In this document: piece after piece, positions 25,158 through 32,558 of the stretch | Layout: each line of letters opens with the position of its first letter | Numbering within the stretch: the first letter of the stretch is position 1 | DNA from: an uncultured Gemmatimonadales bacterium | GTDB lineage: Bacteria > Gemmatimonadota > Gemmatimonadetes > JACCXV01 > JAHWKZ01 | DNA length: 33,010 nt | Direction of reading: 5' to 3' | NCBI GenBank assembly: GCA_964502985.1 | Contig: CAZCZH010000005.1 | Span: 1 to 33,010 of the forward strand | Program-made: the position numbers and the translations under genes | Notes under the pieces: generated by a model | The model's database searches: none | What the model saw: only the letters and a program-made list of their open reading frames with translations | Told to the model about the DNA's origin: nothing

Positions 25158-25535
25158 ATGGCTCTCGCCGATCAGAGCGTCCTGCCCCTGCAGAGCGCGG
25201 TCAACGCGGCGTATCAGCGGGTCGACGTCGTGATCGGCGGCGGGCTGCAGGCGGCGGTCGTCCCGCATACCGACGATCGGCGGTTGGCGTTCCACGCCGG
25301 CTTGCGATTCGACGACGGGACGCCGCAGGAAGAGCGCGAGGCACTGCTCGGGCGGTTGCGTGCCGGGGCCGACGACATCGACTACGTCGCGCGACCGAAC
25401 GGCTGGCTGGAATTCACCCGCAGCCACGCGCTGGAGGACGTGACGGACGCCGACCAGCTGGTCGAGCGATTTTGCCGTTTCGTGTTCGACTCCTTCAGCC
25501 AGCTCCGCACGGCCGACACGGGGGGCCTGCTGTAG
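25158..25535 (+). CDS. Hypothetical protein (about 125 aa), no family recognised
   Basis: High third-position GC in this frame. ATG 25158 (or TTG 25134) lies 2-26 nt after the PorX-like stop. Confidence 0.45.
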   Translation: MALADQSVLPLQSAVNAAYQRVDVVIGGGLQAAVVPHTDDRRLAFHAGLRFDDGTPQEEREALLGRLRAGADDIDYVARPNGWLEFTRSHALEDVTDADQLVERFCRFVFDSFSQLRTADTGGLL

Positions 25536-25654
25536 GTCTCGCGCGAAGGGGAACGCCCGGCCGCGTGGCGGCCCTCCCTTGTACCCCGGGCCCCGAGTCC
25601 CCACTTTGAATGGAGTCCGTTCGACGGTCGCCACCGCCGCGAGGAGACCCCTGC

Positions 25655-27142
25655 ATGCCCGACAGCCAGACTGCCCAGACAAAGAGCGCGCTCGAGCGCT
25701 TCCTCGGCCTGTTCACCGACATCCACTCCGGCGAGGGCCCGGTCGTCCTGCTCATGTCGCTCAACGTGTTCCTGCTGCTGACGAGCTACTACCTGATCAA
25801 GCCGGTCCGCGAGGCGCTGATCCTGGCCGGGGGCGGAGCGGAGGCCAAGAGCTACCTGGTCGGCGCGATGGCGATTCTCCTGTTCTTCCTCGTGGGGGGA
25901 TACGCCAAGCTCGTCTCGCGCTACGAGCGAACGCGCCTGATCACGGTCGTGACGACGGTCTTCATCGTGTGCCTCGTCGCGTTCTGGATCTTGAGCCGGA
26001 TGGACGTGCCGTACCTGGGCTATGCGTTCTTCGTGTGGGTCGGGATCTTCAGCGTGATGGTCGTGGCCCAGTTCTGGTCGTACGCCAACGACGTGTACAA
26101 CAACGACTCGGGGAAGCGCCTGTTCGCGCTGGTCGCCTTCGGCGGGTCGTTCGGCGCCTTCGCCGGGGCCTACATCGCGGACTGGCTGCTGGAGTTCATC
26201 AGCGTGTTCGAGATGCTTCTCGTGGCGGCCGCCATCCTCGGGATCTGCATCCTGCTGACCAACGTGATCTCGCGTAAGGTATGGGGGAAGCCCGTCATGC
26301 AGGCCAGGCAGCGCGAGCTGTCGGCGAAGTCGGAGCGCGAGGAGGGCGAACCGCGCGAGAAGGAGAGCCTGGGGTTCGATCTCGTCTTCAAGCACAGGTA
26401 CATCGGTCTGATCGCGCTCCTCGTCCTGCTCCTAAACCTGGTCAACACGACGGGCGAGTACATCCTGGGCAGCATGGTCGAAGATTACGGCAAGGGGCGC
26501 TCGGAGGAGGTCGTGTCGCAGGCCATCGAGGCCGGCACCAATGCCACCATCGGCGACCACGACTTCGGCGACCCGGCGAGCCAGGATGTCAAGAAGGACA
26601 TCCAGAAGAACATCATCGGCCGCTTCTACGCCCGCTTCTTCCTGTGGGTCAACCTGCTGGGCATGTTCCTGCAGCTGTTCGTCGTCAGCCGCCTGATCAA
26701 GTATGGCGGGATCAAGGCCGGCCTGTTCTGGCTGCCGGTCGTCGCGCTGGGGACGTACGGGCTGATCTTCGCAGCGCCGCTCTTGAAATACGCGCGGATC
26801 GGGAAGACGTTCGAGAACGCGTCGGACTATTCGATCAACAAGACGACGATTCAGATGCTGTTCCTGCCGACCACGCGCGAGATCAAGTACAAGGCCAAGC
26901 AGGTGACCGACAGCTTCATGCAGCGGCTCGGCGACGTCGGCTCGGCCATCGTCGTGTTCCTGGGGACCGTCGTGTTCGCGTTCGGCACGCGGGGCTTCGC
27001 CGCGCTCAACCTGGCGATCATCCTGGTGTGGCTCGGCGTCGTCGTCCTGATCGTCCGCGAGCACACGGCGATCGAGAACGGGGAGCGACCGGAGATCACG
27101 GGCGAGGGAGAGGCAGAGGAAAAGGCCGCGGCGCGGGCCTGA
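25655..27142 (+). CDS. MFS-type transporter of the ATP:ADP antiporter (TLC / Npt1-Npt2-like) family
   Basis: LLLTSYYLIKPVREALIL in TM1, FWSYANDVY, and about 12 TM segments with a charged central loop. This resembles TLC-family nucleotide transporters as I recall them. ATG 25655 with GAGGAG 8 nt upstream. Confidence 0.62.
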   Translation: MPDSQTAQTKSALERFLGLFTDIHSGEGPVVLLMSLNVFLLLTSYYLIKPVREALILAGGGAEAKSYLVGAMAILLFFLVGGYAKLVSRYERTRLITVVTTVFIVCLVAFWILSRMDVPYLGYAFFVWVGIFSVMVVAQFWSYANDVYNNDSGKRLFALVAFGGSFGAFAGAYIADWLLEFISVFEMLLVAAAILGICILLTNVISRKVWGKPVMQARQRELSAKSEREEGEPREKESLGFDLVFKHRYIGLIALLVLLLNLVNTTGEYILGSMVEDYGKGRSEEVVSQAIEAGTNATIGDHDFGDPASQDVKKDIQKNIIGRFYARFFLWVNLLGMFLQLFVVSRLIKYGGIKAGLFWLPVVALGTYGLIFAAPLLKYARIGKTFENASDYSINKTTIQMLFLPTTREIKYKAKQVTDSFMQRLGDVGSAIVVFLGTVVFAFGTRGFAALNLAIILVWLGVVVLIVREHTAIENGERPEITGEGEAEEKAAARA

Positions 27143-27166
27143 CGCGTCGCCCGAAAGGACGGCTGG

Positions 27167-29860
27167 TCAGTCGCCGAGGGCCAGAGCGATCGCCTGCTCG
27201 GTCGAGAGCGCCCGGCCTTCGACGCGGGCAGCGGCGAATTCGGCGAGGTCGCGACCCTGCTGGAGCGCCGCCTCGAGCCGCGCGTAGATCGCCCGGTCGA
27301 TCGGGTCGTAGGTGATGCCGGTGGCCTCCATGATCGCCTCGGCGGCACCGAACAGCCGAGCGGCGAGGATCGTCTCGCCGAGCGCCCCGCGGACGCCGCC
27401 CAATCCGGCCAGGCAGTACACGATCGAGCCGCGGTCGCCGAGATCGTGGCCGATGGCCAGTCCCTCTACGAAACGACGCCTCGCGGCGGCATACTCGCCG
27501 TTGTCGGCTTCCAGCAAGCCCAGGTTCGTCAGCGCGAGGGCCATCAGCCCACTGTTCCCGCCCCCGACCGTGGAAAGCGTCGTCACCGTCTCCTCGTAGC
27601 TCGCACGGGCGGCCGCCGTATCCCCCCGGGATCGTGCCAGCTCGCCGCTGAAGATCAAGGCGCGCGCCACAAGGTGCTTGTCATCGAGACCCCGCGCCTG
27701 GTCCAGTTGCTCCGCGAAGAGCTCGGCGGCGCGGCCCGTCTCGCCGGTCGCGACCGCCTCGTCGAACTCGATGATCGCCTGGGTGCCGGTGACCATCGCG
27801 ATATTGCGAACGTCCCCCAGATTCTCGTAGATCGCGCGGCTCTCCGCGGCAAGGGCCCGGGCGCGACCCGTTTCGCGGCCTTCCCGCGCCAGGTTGGCCG
27901 CCGCCATGAGGATCGCCGCGCGCAGCTCCGGGGCCACCCCGGCGCTCGCCCCCAGGGCGCGCTCGATCCACTCGCGGCCCTCCCGCAGGTGCCCGCGAAT
28001 CGTCCAGAAGCGCCGGAAGCCGGCCGCGATGGCGAGTCCACTCTCGACATCGTGACCGTCGAGGCACCACCCCAGCGCCGCGACGACGTTCTCCCGCTCC
28101 GGGGCGAGACGCTCGATCCAGCGCGCCTCGTCGCCCGTCAGCATATGCTGGGCGGCCTCCTCGACGAACGCCCGGAAGTACGTCGCGTGGGCCGCCCGCG
28201 TGATCTCCTCCTCGCCGCTCTCCGCCAGGCGCTCGAGCCCGAACTCGCGGATCGTCTCGAGCATGACGGCCCGCGTTTCCTCCTCTCTGGACGACGTGGC
28301 GTGACGCAGGAGGCTCTTGTCGAGGAGCGAGGCGACGCCCTCCAGCAGATCGACACCGGGATCTCCGGCCGCCGAGCAGACCGCCTCGGCCGCCTCCAGC
28401 GTGGCCCCGCCGACGAACACGGCCAAGCGGCGGAAGAGCGCCTTCTCGCCCTCGTCGAGCAGGTCGTGGCTCCAGGCGATCGCCGCGCGCAGCGTCTGCT
28501 GGCGCTCGGGCAGGTCGCGGGAGCCACCCGTCAGGAGCTTCAACCGGCTCTGGAGCCGCGCCAGCATGGCCTGTGGCGACAATAGCTTGATGCGCGCCGC
28601 GGCGAGCTCGATCGCCAGCGGCAGACCGTCCAGTCGGGCGCAGATCTCGGCCACCGCGGGGGCGTTCTCGTTGGTCACGCGGAAGTCGGGCTTGAACGTC
28701 AGCGCGCGCTGGATGAACAGCTCGACGGCAGCGTACTGCGAGAACTGGCCGGGGGACGGCAGCTGAAGCGGATCGGGGAAACCGAGCGGTGGAACCGGGT
28801 ACTCGTGCTCGTCCTGGACATGGAGCACGGACTGGCTCGTGACCAGCACCTTGAGGTTCGGACACGACGCGAGAAGTTCGGCCACGCGCGGAGCGGCGGC
28901 CACGACCTGCTCGAAGTTGTCCAGGACGAGGAGTGCCCGCCGCGCTCTGAGGTGGTCCGCGAGCGCGTCCCCGACATCCCGCCCGGCCGACTCGCGCATC
29001 CCGAGGACGTGGGCGATCGTAGCCGGGACCTCGGCCGGGTCTACGACTCCAGCGAACGGGATCAGGAACACGCCGTCCGTGAAGTCGTCGGCCAGCTCGG
29101 CAGCGGCCTGCAGGCCGAGCCGGGTCTTTCCGATCCCGCCGGGGCCGGTCAGGGTCAGCAGCCCGACGTCGGGACGACGCAACAGCTCCTCGACCCGCTC
29201 GAGCTCGGCCACGCGTCCGATCAGCGGAGAGCGCTGACTGGGCAGGTTGTGTGCGATCCGGTCGAGCGTGTTGAGGGGGGGGAAGTTGGTGGCCAGACCG
29301 GGCGCAACGACCTGGTACAGCTGCTCCCCCTCGACCAGGTCCTTGAGGCGGTGCTCCCCGAGATCACGCATCGAAACTCCCGGTGGAAGGCCTCCGCGAA
29401 CGAGGTTGTACGTCGAGCGCGAGATCAGGACCTGGCCGCCGTGCCCCGCCGAAAGCAACCGTGCGACGCGGTTCACCGCGGGCCCGTAGTAGTCGCCATC
29501 GTCGACGCGGGCGGTTCCCGTGTGCAGCGCGATTCGCGTCCGCATGCCGGCGGAGACGCTCCACGGCTCGGCACTCAGCCGGCGCTGAGCGTCGATGGCC
29601 GCCACGACGGCCTCCGGGGCGCTGGCAAAGGCCGTGCAGAAGGCATCGCCGATCGTCTTGAAAACGTGGCCGCCGTGCGACTCGAGGCACTCACGCAGGA
29701 TCGCGTCGTGCCGGGCGAGGGTCGAGGCCATCGCCTCGCGATCGCTCTCCCAGAGTCGCGTGCTGCCTTCGATGTCGGTGAAAAGGAACGTCACCGTGCC
29801 CGTCGGCAAGTCGATCGCGTGCACGGGATCGTCTACCAGGGCACCATTGGTCGTCGTCAT
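27167..29860 (-). CDS. Class III adenylate/guanylate cyclase domain fused to a STAND (NB-ARC-like) NTPase and a C-terminal TPR-like array
   Basis: Cyclase motifs: FLFTDIEGST, VFKTIGDAF and GDYYGPAVNRVARL (metal Asp x2, Lys/Asp specificity pair, Asn/Arg). Walker A LTGPGGIGKTRL; Walker B ALLVLDNFEQV. About 400 aa of Ala/Leu-rich helical repeats to the C-terminus. No HTH seen. Confidence 0.85.
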   Translation of the reverse strand: MTTTNGALVDDPVHAIDLPTGTVTFLFTDIEGSTRLWESDREAMASTLARHDAILRECLESHGGHVFKTIGDAFCTAFASAPEAVVAAIDAQRRLSAEPWSVSAGMRTRIALHTGTARVDDGDYYGPAVNRVARLLSAGHGGQVLISRSTYNLVRGGLPPGVSMRDLGEHRLKDLVEGEQLYQVVAPGLATNFPPLNTLDRIAHNLPSQRSPLIGRVAELERVEELLRRPDVGLLTLTGPGGIGKTRLGLQAAAELADDFTDGVFLIPFAGVVDPAEVPATIAHVLGMRESAGRDVGDALADHLRARRALLVLDNFEQVVAAAPRVAELLASCPNLKVLVTSQSVLHVQDEHEYPVPPLGFPDPLQLPSPGQFSQYAAVELFIQRALTFKPDFRVTNENAPAVAEICARLDGLPLAIELAAARIKLLSPQAMLARLQSRLKLLTGGSRDLPERQQTLRAAIAWSHDLLDEGEKALFRRLAVFVGGATLEAAEAVCSAAGDPGVDLLEGVASLLDKSLLRHATSSREEETRAVMLETIREFGLERLAESGEEEITRAAHATYFRAFVEEAAQHMLTGDEARWIERLAPERENVVAALGWCLDGHDVESGLAIAAGFRRFWTIRGHLREGREWIERALGASAGVAPELRAAILMAAANLAREGRETGRARALAAESRAIYENLGDVRNIAMVTGTQAIIEFDEAVATGETGRAAELFAEQLDQARGLDDKHLVARALIFSGELARSRGDTAAARASYEETVTTLSTVGGGNSGLMALALTNLGLLEADNGEYAAARRRFVEGLAIGHDLGDRGSIVYCLAGLGGVRGALGETILAARLFGAAEAIMEATGITYDPIDRAIYARLEAALQQGRDLAEFAAARVEGRALSTEQAIALALGD

Positions 29861-29934
29861 ATCGCGTACCGGCCTCGCACCGGCGATGGATCGGAGTGGC
29901 TTGTTCCGGACTTCGGGTGGGATCCCGGATCGAC

Positions 29935-29963
29935 AAGATACGCTAATTTTTGACAGCGGTAAA
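29935..29963 (-). promoter_or_regulatory. Candidate promoter for the cyclase-STAND gene: TTTACC-17 nt-TATCTT (minus strand)
   Basis: Reverse complement of 29958..29963 is TTTACC, the spacer is 17 nt, and the reverse complement of 29935..29940 is TATCTT. It lies in an AT-rich patch between the MBL-fold stop and the cyclase ATG. Confidence 0.3.
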
Positions 29964-29977
29964 TGAGATTCAGCGCC

Positions 29978-30601
29978 CTACTCGCCCGCCGCCCTCTCCA
30001 AAAACTCCCGCAGCGTGTCCCGCCCGCGGTCCGGGATCGGCTCCCCGTGGGCCAGGAGAAGATGCTTCCAGTCGCGCTCGACGAGCGACGACAGGGCGGC
30101 CCACAGGCCCTTCCTGACGGCGATCGGGTCATCCCCCATGTGCTGATCGGGGACGAACGTCAGGCCGCCCCCGTTCCACACGACGACCGCGTCGCCGATG
30201 GCCGCGACGCCATCCTCCCAGTCGACGAGATAGGCCGTCTCCTCGGGGCACAGGCTGCCGATCGGCACCGCCTCGACGCCGCCCGGGAGCGGGTCGCCGG
30301 GAGAGAACGGGGTGACCTCCTCGCCGTGGGTGAACTCGTGCATGCCCGCCTCGTGACACCATACTTCGACGCCGAACTCCTCGCGGAACCGGTCAGCGTT
30401 GCGGTAGTGATGACGGTTCGTCAGGAGCGCGTCTGTCGGCTCCGAGGCCCGACCGCGGAACCACTCCAGCCCCTCGCCCGGAACGCGCGGGTCGATCAGC
30501 ACCCCGCGATCGCCCAGCTCCAGGAAGTAGCTGTGGACGTCGGCGTCGATGTTCTCGTGGTGCGTCACCCAGTGGTGTACGCCCGGGAGGATCTCGTTCA
30601 T
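29978..30601 (-). CDS. MBL-fold protein with a degenerate metal-binding motif
   Basis: ILPGVHHW...VLIDP...ALLTNRHHYRN... shows MBL-like topology, but TNRHHYRN replaces THxHxDH. ATG 30601 is an internal start of the track ORF. Confidence 0.6.
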   Translation of the reverse strand: MNEILPGVHHWVTHHENIDADVHSYFLELGDRGVLIDPRVPGEGLEWFRGRASEPTDALLTNRHHYRNADRFREEFGVEVWCHEAGMHEFTHGEEVTPFSPGDPLPGGVEAVPIGSLCPEETAYLVDWEDGVAAIGDAVVVWNGGGLTFVPDQHMGDDPIAVRKGLWAALSSLVERDWKHLLLAHGEPIPDRGRDTLREFLERAAGE

Positions 30602-30666
30602 CGGAGCCTCGCGTGATGGGTTGGCGGAATCGGTTCGTGATCGCCGTGACAAGGTAATCCACACGC

Positions 30667-30695
30667 TCGCTCTCCGTCCTCCTGCGGTCTATCTT
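30667..30695 (+). promoter_or_regulatory. Candidate promoter giving a leaderless msbA-like mRNA: TCGCTC-17 nt-TATCTT-8 nt-ATG
   Basis: TATCTT at 30690..30695 lies 8 nt before ATG 30704, with no SD in ctttcgaa. The geometry matches the fur-family gene and the -35 is similar. Confidence 0.3.
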
Positions 30696-30703
30696 CTTTC
30701 GAA

Positions 30704-32542
30704 ATGCGCACATACCTGAGACTGTTGCGGTACCTGCGGCCGCACGCGGGGCTCCTCGGCCTGTCGTTCGTCCTGATGGTGGCGTTCGCCCTCGTGGACG
30801 GGTTTTCGGTCGTCGTCCTGATCCCGTTCCTGCAGGTCCTGTTCGGCGCCCGCGCGGCGGGCCCGGCGCCCGCTCCCGCGGCCACGGGAAGCCTCCTCGA
30901 CCGCGCCCAGACATTCCTGCGGCACGACCTCTTCGCCTGGCTCGCCGAGCCGACTCCGCTGGCGACGTTGCGCAACGTCTGCCTCGTGATCCTGGCCTTG
31001 TACCTCGTCAAGGGTCTCCTCGACTACTTCCAGCAATTCCTGCCGCAGGTCGTCCTCGAGCGCACGCTGCGCGACCTGCGGAACGACCTGTTCGAGCACC
31101 TCCAGCACCTGTCCTTCCGGTTCTACCAGAAGACCCGTGCCGGGCACCTGATCGCGCTCATGTCGAACGACGTCCAGCTCCTCAAGGACGCCATCGCGAC
31201 GGGCATCTACAAGACGGCCCAGAGTGCGTTGACCGCGGTCGTGACGCTGTGCATCCTGGTGGCCATCTCGTGGCGCCTGACGCTTCTCGCGCTGGTCGTC
31301 CTGCCGCCGGTGACGTGGGTCGTGGCCCGGATCGCCGGCAAGCTCAAGCGGGTCAACCGCCAGCGGCTCGAGAAGTTCGCCGACGTGACGAGCGCGCTCC
31401 AGGAGAACATCGCCGGGATTCGCGTCGTCAAGGCGTTCGGCGCCGAGGGGTGGGAGCGCGAGCGGTTCGGGCTCGACAACGCGGGCTATTTCCACCACGT
31501 CGTGCGCTCCAAGAAGTACTCGCACCTCGGGGCGCCCCTGTCCGAGTTCCTGCTGGCCGGCTCGGTGGTCCTGATCTTGTACGTCGGCGGACGCATGATC
31601 CTCGTCGATGGGACGCTGGCGCCGGAGACGTTCTTCGTGTTCCTGGTGGCGGCCCTCAAGCTCTCCTCGCCGATCAAGTTCCTGTCCAAGGTGGCCGAGG
31701 ACGTCAGCCCGGCGCTGGCGGCCGGGGAGCGGATCTTCGCCGTCCTCGACACCGAGCCCGAAGTGCGCGAGGCGCCGCGCCCGGTCCGGGTCGACGGCTT
31801 TCGCGACGCCATCGAGTACACGGACGTGTCGTTCGCATACGAGGCCGGCGAAGGCCCCGTTCTGCGCGACATCTCGTTCCGCGTCGCGAAGGGGCAGGTG
31901 ATGGCCCTCGTCGGACCGTCGGGCGGCGGCAAGTCGACGATCGTCGATCTGTTGCCCCGGTTCTACGACCCGCAGGCCGGACGCATCACATTCGACGGCA
32001 CCGACCTGCGCGAGCTGGCGATCGCCGGCCTCCGGGCCCAGCTCGGGATCGTCACTCAGGAGGTCATCCTGTTCCACGACACGGTCGCGGCGAACGTGGC
32101 GTACGGCGTGTCCGAACCCGATCCAGCGCGCCTCGTCGAGGCGGCGCGGGCGGCCAACGCGCTGGACTTCATCGAGGCCCTGCCCGAGGGATTCGAGACC
32201 GTGATCGGCGAGCGCGGGATCCGGCTGTCCGGCGGACAACGCCAGCGGCTGGCGATCGCCCGCGCGATCTACAAGAACCCGCCGATCCTGATCTTCGACG
32301 AGGCGACCTCGTCCCTCGACACCGAGAGCGAGCTTCTCGTCCAGCAGGCGATCGCCCGGCTGATGGAGAACCGGACGTCGATCGTCATCGCCCACCGCCT
32401 GTCGACCGTGCACCACGCCGATCAGATCCTGGTCGTCGACGAGGGGCGCATCGTCGAGCGCGGGACGCACGGCGAGCTGCTGGCTCGGGGAGGGCGCTAC
32501 AGCCAGCTCTACGAGCTCCAGTTCGCCGACGTCCCGGCGTGA
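30704..32542 (+). CDS. msbA: MsbA-like ABC exporter (fused TMD-NBD), probable lipid A/lipid flippase
   Basis: Six-TM domain, Walker A GPSGGGKST, signature LSGGQRQR, Walker B ILIFDEATS. Sits in an LPS-related context (waaA nearby, GT9-like ORF downstream). Confidence 0.82.
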   Translation: MRTYLRLLRYLRPHAGLLGLSFVLMVAFALVDGFSVVVLIPFLQVLFGARAAGPAPAPAATGSLLDRAQTFLRHDLFAWLAEPTPLATLRNVCLVILALYLVKGLLDYFQQFLPQVVLERTLRDLRNDLFEHLQHLSFRFYQKTRAGHLIALMSNDVQLLKDAIATGIYKTAQSALTAVVTLCILVAISWRLTLLALVVLPPVTWVVARIAGKLKRVNRQRLEKFADVTSALQENIAGIRVVKAFGAEGWERERFGLDNAGYFHHVVRSKKYSHLGAPLSEFLLAGSVVLILYVGGRMILVDGTLAPETFFVFLVAALKLSSPIKFLSKVAEDVSPALAAGERIFAVLDTEPEVREAPRPVRVDGFRDAIEYTDVSFAYEAGEGPVLRDISFRVAKGQVMALVGPSGGGKSTIVDLLPRFYDPQAGRITFDGTDLRELAIAGLRAQLGIVTQEVILFHDTVAANVAYGVSEPDPARLVEAARAANALDFIEALPEGFETVIGERGIRLSGGQRQRLAIARAIYKNPPILIFDEATSSLDTESELLVQQAIARLMENRTSIVIAHRLSTVHHADQILVVDEGRIVERGTHGELLARGGRYSQLYELQFADVPA

Positions 32543-32558
32543 GCCCGGCCGCCGCCGC

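Noticed and set aside
29950-29955. Perfect TTGACA on the plus strand in the AT-rich patch upstream of the cyclase gene
   Set aside because: No acceptable -10 lies 16-18 nt downstream, and no plus-strand gene follows. The patch is better explained by the minus-strand TTTACC-17-TATCTT promoter.
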